The position numbers were made by a program, and so were the translations under genes. Below the pieces are notes generated by a model that was given only the letters and a program-made list of their open reading frames with translations, made no database searches and was not told the origin of the DNA. From Betaproteobacteria bacterium (GTDB lineage: Bacteria > Pseudomonadota > Gammaproteobacteria > Burkholderiales > SG8-39), in NCBI GenBank assembly GCA_947467435.1, contig CANIIA010000002.1, forward strand, positions 20,882 through 84,881: a stretch of 64,000 nucleotides of DNA, read 5' to 3'. Positions 9,026 to 19,072 of this stretch are shown piece after piece; the stretch's first letter is position 1, and each line of letters starts with the position of its first letter.

Positions 9026-9031
9026 AGCGCG

Positions 9032-10195
9032 CTAGCTACCCGAGGCCAACTCTGAAGCAAGTAACAATGCACCGCGCACCACCACGCGCTCGCCCTCTTT
9101 GATACCCTCAGAAACGTAACTAAATTCGCGGTCTTGCACTTCGAGCGTCACTTTACGTTTTTCAAATACACCAGCTTCGCGCTCGATAAAGACAAACGAA
9201 TACAGACCATCACTCACCAACGCGGCGTTAGGAATCCGCCCCGCTGAGCGCCGCGCTTCGGCCAGCAGGCTCACGCGCGCGTACATTTCTGGGCGTAACC
9301 GCAGCAGTTTATTGTCCACTTTGCAACGCACCTGTAAACGGCGCGTCGTCGGATCAACAGCGGGCGCAATGCGCTCAACTGTTCCCGGAAATTTTTCATC
9401 TTTCCAAGCATCCACCTCAACAGACACCTCTTGTCCTACCCGCACTTTGCCGATGTGCGCTTCAGGCAAATCAACCAACACTTGTAAACGCCGTAGATCC
9501 GTAACGATGAATAATGGATCGGCTAAATCTGGGCGCACTTCCATTCCCGGATTGGCTTTTCGATCCACCACCACGCCCGCGATCGGTGTGGTTAAGGTCA
9601 TGCGCTGACCAAGTAAATTTCCACCCCGTGGATTGAGATTGGCTAAACGTAACGCAGCACGTTCTGTCTCGGCGTGCGCTTGCGCTTGATCGGCTTCGAC
9701 CGATTCCAGTTCGCGACGCGACAACACACCACCTTCGGCTAATTCACGCGCACGGCGCAGCGCCAACGCTTTGCGGTTTTCATCTGCGCGCGCCTTGAGT
9801 AAATCTGCTTGAGCCGCGCCCAAATCAGGGGCATCGATCACGGCGAGCGCAGCGCCCGCTTTTACTTCATCACCCAACAAGGTGCGCAGCTCAACCACAC
9901 GACCGGCAATCGGCGCACTGATTCGCGCAGTGGCATTTTCATCAAACACAATCCGCGCATTGAGTGGTTCGGCCAGCGGCACAGGAAACACAACCAAGGG
10001 CTCCACTGAAAGCAACGATAACTGCGACGCACCGTTCGGAAAGCGCAGCACCCCGGGCTCTTTAGCATGCACTTGCGGCGGCTCAGGAGCCACCGCCAGT
10101 GCGGGGCCACGGTTCTTATACCAAACAACCGTCATGGCAATTCCTGCCCCGATCAGCAACAGCAACACAAGCCAGTGCAGACGTTTATTTTTCAT
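9032..10195 (-). CDS. czcB: RND efflux periplasmic adaptor (CzcB/CusB-like membrane fusion protein)
   Basis: ORF 9032..10261. Preferred start is the ATG at 10195 (MKNKRLHWLVLLLLIGAG signal-anchor) with GGAAG just upstream. Coiled-coil hairpin and beta-barrel regions typical of the HlyD/MFP family. Confidence 0.88.
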   Translation of the reverse strand: MKNKRLHWLVLLLLIGAGIAMTVVWYKNRGPALAVAPEPPQVHAKEPGVLRFPNGASQLSLLSVEPLVVFPVPLAEPLNARIVFDENATARISAPIAGRVVELRTLLGDEVKAGAALAVIDAPDLGAAQADLLKARADENRKALALRRARELAEGGVLSRRELESVEADQAQAHAETERAALRLANLNPRGGNLLGQRMTLTTPIAGVVVDRKANPGMEVRPDLADPLFIVTDLRRLQVLVDLPEAHIGKVRVGQEVSVEVDAWKDEKFPGTVERIAPAVDPTTRRLQVRCKVDNKLLRLRPEMYARVSLLAEARRSAGRIPNAALVSDGLYSFVFIEREAGVFEKRKVTLEVQDREFSYVSEGIKEGERVVVRGALLLASELASGS

Positions 10196-10215
10196 GCGCT
10201 TCCAATCACAACAAT

Positions 10216-11502
10216 TCAGGGCGCGACACTTGTGCTTGCCGCAGTGATACTGGCACGCCAAGCATGTAAGGCACGTGCATGCTCTGCACGTGCGGCCAAT
10301 GCTTCGAGTTGTACAGCGCGTAAGGTGCGGCGTGCATCCAACACTTCAAGCACCGACGTGGCGCCGCGCGCAAACGCAAATTCAGCGGCTTCGGCGGTAC
10401 GCTGTGCGGCAGCCAGCAAACTGCCTTCATAGCGCTCGACACGTTCACCTGCGGCGCGCAAATCGCTATCGGCGCGCGCGATTTCGGTGGCTGCAGCAGC
10501 ACGCACGCGGGCGAGTTGATCCAGCGCCGTGTTTCGATCGACCTCAGCACGCTGAATATCGCCAGAAAAATCGTTACCAAAAAATAAAGGCACGGATACG
10601 CCAAAGCCCACGCTATTGGCCGGGACGTTGCCGGCATAGCGTTCAAACTGCGCACCCACAGAGACATCACGCGTGCGCTGACTTCGCGCCAATTCACGTA
10701 AGCGCTCTGCTGCATCAAACCGCGACTGTGCAGCACGCACATCGGCGCGGGCTTCTACTGTCGTTTCAATCGAAGTTGCGCGTACGGGCGCATTGGCTGG
10801 CCATGATTCTGCGGCACGTAGTTGGCTTGCTTGGGCTTCTTCACCAATTAAAAATGCCAACGCAAACTGCGCGCGCACGCGCTCAGCTTCGGCGCCACGC
10901 AAATCGGCCGAAGCGCGCTCTGCATCCACCTGTACACGCGCCACGTCGGCCGGAGAAATATCCCCGGCCTTTAAGCGCGTTTGTGCGACCGCGAGTGTCT
11001 TAGCAAATAATTCTGCGTTTTCACGCATCAGCGTGTTTTTTTCTTGCGCCTGTTGCAAATCAACGTACGCCGAACGCGCCGCCAACAATTGCTGTCGCAA
11101 CACATCTGACACATCGCCACGTGCAGCCATTTCGAGTCGCTGAGCGGCATCGACACGTAACGCACGCTTATTGCCACGCTCAATGGTTTGATCTACGCGG
11201 TAGATGTTATCGATGCGCTTGTTATTCCAACTGCCCGAACCCACGCCTGGGTTGCTATTGATTCCCGTGCTACTGAACGACACCACCGGGTTGGGCAACA
11301 CATCCGCTTGACGAATTTGTGCTTCGGCGCCTTCCAGTGCGCGACGTGCGGCTTGCACATCGCGGTTTGCGCGCAGCACCAACGTTTCAATTTGCGCGAG
11401 CGTGAGTTCGCGCACGGTCGATGATTGAGCGTGAACTGAAAATGCGCTAACAAATAAATATGTTGCGGCTAATAAAGACAACCGCTGGGTTAAACGTCGC
11501 AT
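10216..11502 (-). CDS. czcC: TolC-family outer-membrane efflux protein (CzcC-like)
   Basis: ORF 10216..11556. Preferred start is at 11502 (MRRLTQRLSLLAATYLFVSAFSVHAQS signal peptide). Two OEP-type repeats rich in A/R/E/L. Confidence 0.88.
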   Translation of the reverse strand: MRRLTQRLSLLAATYLFVSAFSVHAQSSTVRELTLAQIETLVLRANRDVQAARRALEGAEAQIRQADVLPNPVVSFSSTGINSNPGVGSGSWNNKRIDNIYRVDQTIERGNKRALRVDAAQRLEMAARGDVSDVLRQQLLAARSAYVDLQQAQEKNTLMRENAELFAKTLAVAQTRLKAGDISPADVARVQVDAERASADLRGAEAERVRAQFALAFLIGEEAQASQLRAAESWPANAPVRATSIETTVEARADVRAAQSRFDAAERLRELARSQRTRDVSVGAQFERYAGNVPANSVGFGVSVPLFFGNDFSGDIQRAEVDRNTALDQLARVRAAAATEIARADSDLRAAGERVERYEGSLLAAAQRTAEAAEFAFARGATSVLEVLDARRTLRAVQLEALAARAEHARALHAWRASITAASTSVAP

Positions 11503-11731
11503 AACAAGAATCCGCTTGCCTCTGTAGACAACGTATTGCCGGGCGCGGATTGTCACACCTTTGCGCTGAATGGGGAACGTACCTTACGCGCCAGGCTTGT
11601 CCACAAGCTTGCGAGAAGCTGTCTAAATTCTGACGTTGCATCGCAACATGATCGAGCGTGTAGCGATCTGTTTGGTTGCGAGGTGCTTGGGGCTGGATTA
11701 GGATCCAACGCACTGTTCCTAGGAGGGTCCG

Positions 11732-12211
11732 ATGACCATCAACGTCTCTATGCAAGTCAATGGCAAAGCCGCCAGCGTGAATGTCGAAGAACGCACGTTA
11801 TTGGTGACCGTGCTGCGCGAAGAACTTCGTCTTACCGGCACGCACGTCGGCTGCGATACCGCCCAGTGCGGTGCATGCACCGTGCATATGAATGGCAAGG
11901 CCGTAAAGTCTTGCTCGATGCTCGCCATGCAAGCCGAGGGTGCGCAAATTTTGACCATCGAAGGTGTTGCCCATGCAGATGGCAGCCTGCATCCAATGCA
12001 GGCGGCGTTTAAAGAGCATCACGGTCTGCAATGCGGTTTTTGTACCCCCGGCATGGTGATGAATGCCATCGATTTAGTGCAAGGTCGACCTAACATCACC
12101 GAAGAAGAAATTCGTCACGGACTCGAAGGTAACTTGTGTCGCTGTACCGGCTATCACAACATTGTGAAGTCGATTGCAGCTGGTGCAAAAGCAATGGCAA
12201 GCGCGAAGTAA
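11732..12211 (+). CDS. coxS: [2Fe-2S] small subunit of a molybdenum hydroxylase (CoxS-like)
   Basis: 159 aa. Motifs [38 protein letters not shown] about 6 nt upstream. Confidence 0.93.
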   Translation: MTINVSMQVNGKAASVNVEERTLLVTVLREELRLTGTHVGCDTAQCGACTVHMNGKAVKSCSMLAMQAEGAQILTIEGVAHADGSLHPMQAAFKEHHGLQCGFCTPGMVMNAIDLVQGRPNITEEEIRHGLEGNLCRCTGYHNIVKSIAAGAKAMASAK

Positions 12212-12255
12212 CGCTCAAAAAAACACAACCAAAATAAACGGTTCAGGAGACGACA

Positions 12256-14622
12256 ATGAATGCACCTTTGATCGGCGCACGGGTTGCGCGTAAAGAAGAC
12301 TACCGTTTCCTCACCGGTGCTGGGCAATACACCGATGATGTGAATCTGCCACATCAAACGTACGCCGCCTTTGTTCGTTCACCGCACGCACACGCAAAGT
12401 TAAAGCGCATTCAGACCAGCAAAGCCAAACAACATCCCGGTGTGCTTGCGATTTTTACTGGTGAAGACATGCAGGTGGGCAGTTTGCCTTGCGGTTGGCT
12501 GATTACCGATGTGCATGGCCAACCCATGAAAGAACCGCCGCATCCGCCCTTAGCGCAAGGCAAAGTTCGGCACGTGGGTGACCAGGTCGCGGTGGTAATT
12601 GCAGAAACGCTTTCAGCTGCGCGTGATGCCGCCGAGTTGGTCGAGGTGGAGTACGAGGTCCTTCCAGCAGTGATTGATATGGCCAAGGCCACCGCAGCGG
12701 GCGCCCCGGCCATTCATGACGCTGCGCCAGATAACACCTGCTACGTGTGGGCCTTAGGAGATCAAAGCGCGTGCGACGAAGCGTTTAAAAAAGCGGCGCA
12801 TGTCACACGTCTCAATTTAGTGAATAACCGTCTCATTCCCAATGCCATCGAGCCACGCGCAGTCAACGGCAGTTATTCGCGCGGCGATGATAGCTATACG
12901 CTATACGTCTCGAGTCAAAACCCTCACGTCGAACGTCTTTTGATGACTGCGTTTGTGCTGGGGTTACCCGAGCACAAGGTACGTGTCGTTGCACCTGATG
13001 TGGGTGGTGGGTTTGGCTCAAAAATTTATTTGTACGCTGAAGATGTGGTGGTGACTTGGGCCTCCAAACAAATCGGCGGACGCCCCGTGAAGTGGACTGG
13101 CGATCGCAGCGAATCTTTTTTAAGCGACGCGCATGGTCGCGATCACATCACGCAGGCCGAGTTAGCGCTGGATAAAGACGGAAAATTTCTGGCACTGCGC
13201 GTACACACGACAGCCAATATGGGCGCTTACCTATCCACCTTTGCGTCGTGTATCCCAACGATTTTGTATGCCACGCTGCTGGCAGGCCAATACGCCACGC
13301 CGGCGATTTACTGTGAAGTCAAAGCGGTCTTCACGAACACCGCGCCTGTCGATGCTTATCGTGGCGCAGGCCGTCCTGAGGCGGCGTACGTGGTAGAGCG
13401 CATCGTTGAAACCGCCGCGCGTGAACTGAAGATCGATCCGGCAGAATTACGGCGACGTAATTTCGTGCGTAATTTTCCATATCAAACCCCCGTGGCGCTG
13501 ACCTATGACACGGGTGATTTTCAAGCCACACTCGATGGCGCCATTCAACTGAGCGATGTCGCTGGATTTGCTCAGCGTAGAAAAGCTTCTGAAGCGGCCG
13601 GTAAATTACGCGGCCTCGGCTACGCCGCGTACATCGAAGCTTGCGGCTTGGCCCCTTCGAACATTGCTGGCGCCCTCGGTGCGCGCGCAGGGTTATTTGA
13701 AGCAGGCGAGGTACGTGTACATCCCACCGGATCAGTGACGGTGTTTACTGGATCACACTCACACGGCCAAGGGCACGAAACCACGTTCGCGCAAGTCGTG
13801 GCCGATCGTTTAGGCATGCCGATCGAAAACGTCGATATCGTGCACGGCGATACCTCGAAGGTGGTGTTTGGCATGGGCACTTATGGCTCGCGCTCGCTGT
13901 CGGTGGGTGGTACCGCGATCGTGAAAGCCTTAGACAAAATTATCGCGAAGGGCAAAAAAATAGCAGCGCACTTAATGGAAGCCGCAGAAGCCGATATCGA
14001 TTACGACAGCGGCGTATTCAAAGTGAGTGGCACGGATAAACAAAAAACCTTTGGCGAAGTCGCCTTTGCGGCGTACGTGCCACACAACTATCCGCTCGAT
14101 AAACTCGAACCCGGCCTCAATGAAAATGCGTTTTACGATCCCACCAACTTCACCTACCCCTCTGGTACATACATTTGTGAAGTCGAAGTCGATCCAGACA
14201 CGGGCACCGTGCGCGTCGATCGATTTACGGCTGTTGATGACTTTGGAAAAATCGTCAATCCAATGATTGTCGAGGGACAAGTGCATGGCGGCGTGACCCA
14301 AGGCATCGGTCAAGCCTTACTCGAAGGTTGTCATTACGATACTGAAACCGGTCAATTGATCACTGGCTCGTTTATGGATTACGCCATGCCGCGTGCCGAA
14401 GATGTACCGAGTTATGCGCTAGCAACGCGCGAAACACCGTGCACGCATAATCCGTTAGGCGTGAAAGGTTGCGGTGAGGCTGGCGCGATCGGCGCACCTG
14501 CGGCATTAATGAATGCCATCACCGATGCGCTGAGTATTTACGGTATTCAAGATTTACCGATGCCCGCTAGCCCACAAACTGTGTGGAAAGCGATCCGCGC
14601 CGCGCAACAAAAAGCGGCCTAA
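12256..14622 (+). CDS. coxL: Molybdopterin-binding large subunit, form-II CoxL-like
   Basis: 788 aa. N-terminus [17 protein letters not shown], then VGGGFGSK. Active-site loop [12 protein letters not shown] (AYRGAGR signature of form-II/putative CODH, not the form-I AYRCSFR). Confidence 0.9.
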   Translation: MNAPLIGARVARKEDYRFLTGAGQYTDDVNLPHQTYAAFVRSPHAHAKLKRIQTSKAKQHPGVLAIFTGEDMQVGSLPCGWLITDVHGQPMKEPPHPPLAQGKVRHVGDQVAVVIAETLSAARDAAELVEVEYEVLPAVIDMAKATAAGAPAIHDAAPDNTCYVWALGDQSACDEAFKKAAHVTRLNLVNNRLIPNAIEPRAVNGSYSRGDDSYTLYVSSQNPHVERLLMTAFVLGLPEHKVRVVAPDVGGGFGSKIYLYAEDVVVTWASKQIGGRPVKWTGDRSESFLSDAHGRDHITQAELALDKDGKFLALRVHTTANMGAYLSTFASCIPTILYATLLAGQYATPAIYCEVKAVFTNTAPVDAYRGAGRPEAAYVVERIVETAARELKIDPAELRRRNFVRNFPYQTPVALTYDTGDFQATLDGAIQLSDVAGFAQRRKASEAAGKLRGLGYAAYIEACGLAPSNIAGALGARAGLFEAGEVRVHPTGSVTVFTGSHSHGQGHETTFAQVVADRLGMPIENVDIVHGDTSKVVFGMGTYGSRSLSVGGTAIVKALDKIIAKGKKIAAHLMEAAEADIDYDSGVFKVSGTDKQKTFGEVAFAAYVPHNYPLDKLEPGLNENAFYDPTNFTYPSGTYICEVEVDPDTGTVRVDRFTAVDDFGKIVNPMIVEGQVHGGVTQGIGQALLEGCHYDTETGQLITGSFMDYAMPRAEDVPSYALATRETPCTHNPLGVKGCGEAGAIGAPAALMNAITDALSIYGIQDLPMPASPQTVWKAIRAAQQKAA

Positions 14623-14688
14623 ACGGATACGCATTCAGCACACGCTTTTTTTATTCCACACGAAACAACGCAACACGGAGAAATCAAT

Positions 14689-15489
14689 ATGTACGCATTT
14701 ACTTACCACCGCCCCGCCAGTGCGGCCGATGCCGCAGCGCTCGCACTCAAACACACCGACGGAAAAATTCTTGCTGGAGGACAAAGTTTGGTGCAAGCCA
14801 TGAAACTGCGCCTCGCCTCCCCTAGCGACATTATTGATTTGGGCACCGCCAAAGACCTCGTCGGCATTTCACAAAAAGGCAATCAGATCACGATCGGCGC
14901 GATGACGCGTCACGCCGCAGTTGAGCAAAGTGCTGAAGTCAAACAACTGATTCCTGCATTAGCCGATCTCGCTGGGGGTATTGGCGATCGTCAAGTGCGT
15001 CATATGGGCACACTCGGTGGAGCGCTAGCAAACAACGACCCGGCCGCGTGTTATCCCGCCGCAGTACTTGGCTTAGGCGCAACCATCCAGACCAACAAGC
15101 GCACGATTGCCGCCGATGATTTCTTTAAAGGCTTGTACGAAACCGCACTTGAGTCTAGCGAGATCATCACCGCTGTCACCTTTCCCGCTGCCAAGCGCGC
15201 GGCCTACATCAAGTTTAAAAACCCCGCTTCACGGTTTGCGTTAGTTGGCGTGTTTGTTGCGCAAATGGACCAAGGGGTGCGCTTAGCCGTCACCGGTGCG
15301 GCCTCTTGTGTGTTTCGTGTGCCCGAGATGGAAAAAGCGCTGGGGGCTGCGTTTACGCCAGAGTCAATCGCCAAGATTCATGTGAGCGCCGACGACCTCA
15401 ACTCGGATCTACATGCCGCTGCAGATTACCGCGCCCATCTGATTACCGTGATGGCCAAGCGCGCAGTGAGCAAAGCGCTGGGTCAGTAA
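14689..15489 (+). CDS. coxM: FAD-binding medium subunit (CoxM-like)
   Basis: 266 aa. ILAGGQSLVQAMKLR FAD-binding motif. Completes the S-L-M gene order. Confidence 0.9.
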   Translation: MYAFTYHRPASAADAAALALKHTDGKILAGGQSLVQAMKLRLASPSDIIDLGTAKDLVGISQKGNQITIGAMTRHAAVEQSAEVKQLIPALADLAGGIGDRQVRHMGTLGGALANNDPAACYPAAVLGLGATIQTNKRTIAADDFFKGLYETALESSEIITAVTFPAAKRAAYIKFKNPASRFALVGVFVAQMDQGVRLAVTGAASCVFRVPEMEKALGAAFTPESIAKIHVSADDLNSDLHAAADYRAHLITVMAKRAVSKALGQ

Positions 15490-15502
15490 TTTTTCTGGCT
15501 TC

Positions 15503-15539
15503 AAAAAAAAACGCGCGTCAGGTTTGGCGCGCGTTTTTT
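15503..15539. terminator. Bidirectional intrinsic terminator between convergent coxM and acyl-CoA ligase genes
   Basis: A8-ACGCGCG-tcaggtttgg-CGCGCGT-T6. The GC stem is flanked by an A-tract on one side and a T-tract on the other. Confidence 0.7.
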
Positions 15540-15600
15540 ATTGCGTCAGCAACAACAAAGCAACAACTCCATCTGACGAGTTCAATCACAACAGCCTCAT

Positions 15601-17124
15601 CTACGGGGCAACAAAATTCGCTTTCAGTTGATACTTGAGCACCTTGCCAGAACTATTACGCGGCAAGGCATCCACAAACATCACGTACTTGGGTTTTTTG
15701 TAGCCAGCAATTCGGTTGCGACAGTGCTCGATCAAGGCCTCGGCTACGAGGTGCTCACCAGGGCGCAACTCAACCCACGCGGCAACCGCTTCACCGTACA
15801 TGGCATCTGGCACACCAGCGACTGCGGCATCTTGCACCGCTGGATGTTCAAGTAAGGCGGCCTCAACTTCTTTTGAATAGATGTTGTAGCCGCCGGATAA
15901 CACCATGTCTTTTTTGCGGTCGACAATGTACAAATAGCCCTCAGCATCCCGACGCGCTAAATCCCCAGTGGCAAACCAACCGTCGCGCAGTGCTTCAGCG
16001 GTTTCTTGTGGTCGATTAAAGTACCCACGCAGCGTCACAAAGCGCCCGGGTTCACCGCTACGCACTTGCAACTCGCCAATGGCGTCCTCTTCCGTGACCA
16101 GTTCGCCAGCTGCACTCATCAAACGCACTTCAATGCCGGCAATCGGTCGACCGATCGAGGTGGGACGTGTGAGTTGCTCTTCTGGCGGTAAGTTGGTCAA
16201 CGCGCCACACTCGGTCATCGCAAAGTACGAGTGAATGCCAATTTGCGGCAACGCTTGCATGATGCGCGCCTTCACTTCACGCGGAAACGCCTCGCCCGTG
16301 GCCACCAATAAACGCACTGTGGCAAACGCTTGTGGTTGCGCTTCGATCGCGGGTAGTAACAAGCGACCCACCGTCGGCACCATTCCCAGCACGGTAATAC
16401 CTTCAGTGGCACATAAGCGCGCCGCTTCGTTGGCATCAAAGCGCGGCAAGATCACCAATGGCGAACCAATACACAACATATTAATCACGCGACCAAACGC
16501 CGTCCGGTGCGTGAGCGGTGTGGTGATTAAGTGTTTGTCGTTGGCATTGATGCCCCATTCCAAGGCGTTGATGTAAGCGTTGGGTACAAAATAATTCGAT
16601 TGGGTCAGAATCGCGCCCTTGGGTCGACCGGTGGTGCCTGAGGTGTAGGCGATCATGCAGTCGTCTTGATGGACCGGTAAATCAAATCGCTGCGGGGCAT
16701 GCGCTTGCCATAACGCATCAAAATCTAATTCTTGCCCTTGTGTTTCACCTGCCACCAAGATCACCGGCACATCGTGCGTTGCGCGCTCTAACAACGACCG
16801 CGTCTCTGGATGGATAAACATCGCACGCGGTGCGCAATCGGCCAAAATAAAACTGGCTTCCGAAGGTGTGAGCCGCGTGCCAATCGGTACGGCGATCGCG
16901 CCCACCTTGATGATGGCAAGAAACGCCAACACATATTCCGCGCAGTTGGGTAACAGCACCGCGACGCGATCACCCACACCAACCCCACGTGCGTGTAGTG
17001 CTGCAGCGAGCTGATCACTGCGCGTATCGAGCGCGACAAACGATAAGCGCAACGCACCACAAATTAAGGCTTCACGCTCTGGCGTTGCGCGTGCGTGCGC
17101 CGCCAGAAATGCTGGCAGTTTCAT
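15601..17124 (-). CDS. AMP-dependent acyl-CoA synthetase/ligase
   Basis: 507 aa. Motifs YTSGTTGRPKGA, GWFATGDLARRDAEGYLYIVDRKKD, PRNSSGKVLK. Confidence 0.93.
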   Translation of the reverse strand: MKLPAFLAAHARATPEREALICGALRLSFVALDTRSDQLAAALHARGVGVGDRVAVLLPNCAEYVLAFLAIIKVGAIAVPIGTRLTPSEASFILADCAPRAMFIHPETRSLLERATHDVPVILVAGETQGQELDFDALWQAHAPQRFDLPVHQDDCMIAYTSGTTGRPKGAILTQSNYFVPNAYINALEWGINANDKHLITTPLTHRTAFGRVINMLCIGSPLVILPRFDANEAARLCATEGITVLGMVPTVGRLLLPAIEAQPQAFATVRLLVATGEAFPREVKARIMQALPQIGIHSYFAMTECGALTNLPPEEQLTRPTSIGRPIAGIEVRLMSAAGELVTEEDAIGELQVRSGEPGRFVTLRGYFNRPQETAEALRDGWFATGDLARRDAEGYLYIVDRKKDMVLSGGYNIYSKEVEAALLEHPAVQDAAVAGVPDAMYGEAVAAWVELRPGEHLVAEALIEHCRNRIAGYKKPKYVMFVDALPRNSSGKVLKYQLKANFVAP

Positions 17125-17163
17125 CGGTTATACCAAGACAGTCAGTGAATGAGTGGGAGTGTC

Positions 17164-17601
17164 TTACGCTGGCTCAAAACCAGGCAGATCGTATTCTTCG
17201 GAAAGTTTTTCAAAGCACACTTTCACCGGCATACCGATCTTCACGTCTTCGTTTTTCACGTGATGCAAGTTCACCAACATACGCACGCCCTCTTCTAGCT
17301 CGACCAAGGCGCACAAATACGGCACGCGATCTTCATGACCTGGCCAAGCGCTGTAGGTGTTGGTAAAGCTATACACCGTGCCGCGCCCAGACACTTCACG
17401 CCACTCTAAATTGCGTCGACCATTCACCATGCTCACTGGACGCGGAAAAAACTGCGCGCGACCACTGTCTTTGCAATATTGAACGACGAGTTTTCCTTGA
17501 TGGGCCGCATCCCAAAACGGACGTGTGTCCATGTACACCCCTGGTTTTGGTAGGGGACGTGGAATTTTTTTTGGTTCAGGTTTTTTTGCAACGTCGCTCA
17601 T
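17164..17601 (-). CDS. DUF35 OB-fold protein (acyl-CoA-associated), Zn-ribbon apparently degenerate
   Basis: 145 aa. Core FWDAAHQGKLVVQYCKDSGRAQFFPRPVS...GTVYSFT typical of DUF35. Only one Cys where a four-Cys ribbon is usual. ATGA-type overlap with the upstream thiolase-fold gene. Confidence 0.8.
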   Translation of the reverse strand: MSDVAKKPEPKKIPRPLPKPGVYMDTRPFWDAAHQGKLVVQYCKDSGRAQFFPRPVSMVNGRRNLEWREVSGRGTVYSFTNTYSAWPGHEDRVPYLCALVELEEGVRMLVNLHHVKNEDVKIGMPVKVCFEKLSEEYDLPGFEPA

Positions 17602-18770
17602 GATTGCTCCAGGATCAGCACGTTAGATACACCCCAGTTACGGCCGTAGGGAATGACCCCAATCCCCGTCACCATACAATTGCGCGGGTCGCTGACTTGA
17701 CGGGCACCGGCACCGCCCAACATTTGGCGTACCCCTTCGACCAAATTCAAACCACCCCCCGCCAAGCCAGGTTGGCCAGCAGAAATTTGTCCGCCCGACG
17801 TGTTTAACGGCAGCGTGCCTTTGTAGGTGAAGTCGGTGTTCATCACAAACTCACAGCCTTTACCTTTCGGACAAAAACCAATGTCTTCCAGCGTAATCAC
17901 CAACGCGATCAGAAAATCATCGTAGGGCATGATCATGCGTACATCTTTGGCGGCCATACCGGCTTGCTTTAAGGCACGTGGACCGGCCACAGAAAATCCG
18001 GAGACGGTCATATCGGCCAGCGGATCAGCACCCTTAAAGTTAGTGATCTCGCCATAACCGACCGGATGACACATGCGCTTGGCGCCGTATTTTTTGGCTT
18101 TTTCCGTCGATGTCACTAACACGGCGTTCGCACCATCGCACACCATCACCGAATCCAACATACGTAGTGGCTCAGACACATATTTCGAGCTGAGATACTC
18201 TTCTTCAGTGAGTGGCTTTTGTAATTTGTCGCAGGCGTTGGGGTTCATCAACGCATGATTGCGCTGGGTGATTGCAAGTTTTGCCAGCGCACGATCATCT
18301 AAGCCGTATTGATGACGGTAGCGTTGCGAGAGCAAACCAAACGCACCCACCGGTCCACGTAAGCCTTGTGGGTACTGAAATTCATGACGCTGGCCGCCTT
18401 GCTCAGTCGGTCGCGATGACGATTGCGCATCTGAGGCCAGCACTAACACGGTCTCGCATAGGCCATCACGAATCGCTGCTGCTGCGCGCGCAATACCTCC
18501 AATACCAGAGGCACCGCCCAAGCCATTGAGTTGCATCCAGGTGGGCGAAATGCCAAGCATCTCGCACATGTAAACCCCCCAAAATGGATTGGCAGTTTCG
18601 CTCATGGTTTCAGCGATGGATATGCCATCGATGTCTTTGGGCTCAAGGCCGGTTTGCACCAAGACTTGTTCAAATACTTCGCCAGCCAAATCATAAGAAC
18701 TACGTCCACCCTTTAAGGTGACCTTGGTTTCGCCGTAACCAATGACGGCGATATCTTTACGCGTACTCAT
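17598..18770 (-). CDS. SCP2/Ltp-type thiolase-fold protein lacking the thiolase catalytic Cys and His (possible Ltp2-like aldol-lyase)
   Basis: ORF 17598..18887. Preferred start at 18770 (MSTRKDIAVIGYGETK). Thiolase-fold blocks are present. The nucleophile position reads LNGLGGASG and the GHP position reads SAGQPG (by-eye alignment to SCP2-thiolase motifs NNNCATG / KGHPLGATG). Confidence 0.75.
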   Translation of the reverse strand: MSTRKDIAVIGYGETKVTLKGGRSSYDLAGEVFEQVLVQTGLEPKDIDGISIAETMSETANPFWGVYMCEMLGISPTWMQLNGLGGASGIGGIARAAAAIRDGLCETVLVLASDAQSSSRPTEQGGQRHEFQYPQGLRGPVGAFGLLSQRYRHQYGLDDRALAKLAITQRNHALMNPNACDKLQKPLTEEEYLSSKYVSEPLRMLDSVMVCDGANAVLVTSTEKAKKYGAKRMCHPVGYGEITNFKGADPLADMTVSGFSVAGPRALKQAGMAAKDVRMIMPYDDFLIALVITLEDIGFCPKGKGCEFVMNTDFTYKGTLPLNTSGGQISAGQPGLAGGGLNLVEGVRQMLGGAGARQVSDPRNCMVTGIGVIPYGRNWGVSNVLILEQS

Positions 18771-19010
18771 CGCGCACCACCTTGATTGACGCGCAGCAAA
18801 GTATGTCGCGCTTGTTGGTGTGTTTGCAGCTTCATCTGTGTTCTCCGTGTCTAAATCGTGCAGCGTGATCGCCACCGTTCGCGCCAACGCGCATTGCAGA
18901 CCCCATCGTAAGGCGTTTCCCCGCTGCGATGCAGCGCGTCTGTGAAACTACGCGATACGCGTTCACAATCACCACCGAGCGCGGGCGTGTTGCGAAACGC
19001 AAACCATGCC

Positions 19011-19039
19011 TTGACGCATGCAAATCAGCCGCCTAGTCT
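19011..19039 (+). promoter_or_regulatory. Weak sigma70-like promoter candidate for the ligase/thioesterase/Mo-enzyme operon
   Basis: TTGACG (19011-19016), 17-nt spacer, TAGTCT (19034-19039). The -10 matches only 3/6. A TTGCGAAACGCAA palindrome lies just upstream at 18990-19002. Confidence 0.2.
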
Positions 19040-19072
19040 CGACTGCTATTGCTTGGCGTCTCCAAGGACTGC

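Noticed and set aside
10206-11003. 178-aa and 242-aa ORFs overlapping czcC (10206-10742 minus strand, 10275-11003 plus strand)
   Set aside because: These are alternative frames of the czcC-like gene with low-complexity Arg/His/Pro-rich translations. The czcC frame carries the signal peptide and OEP repeats.
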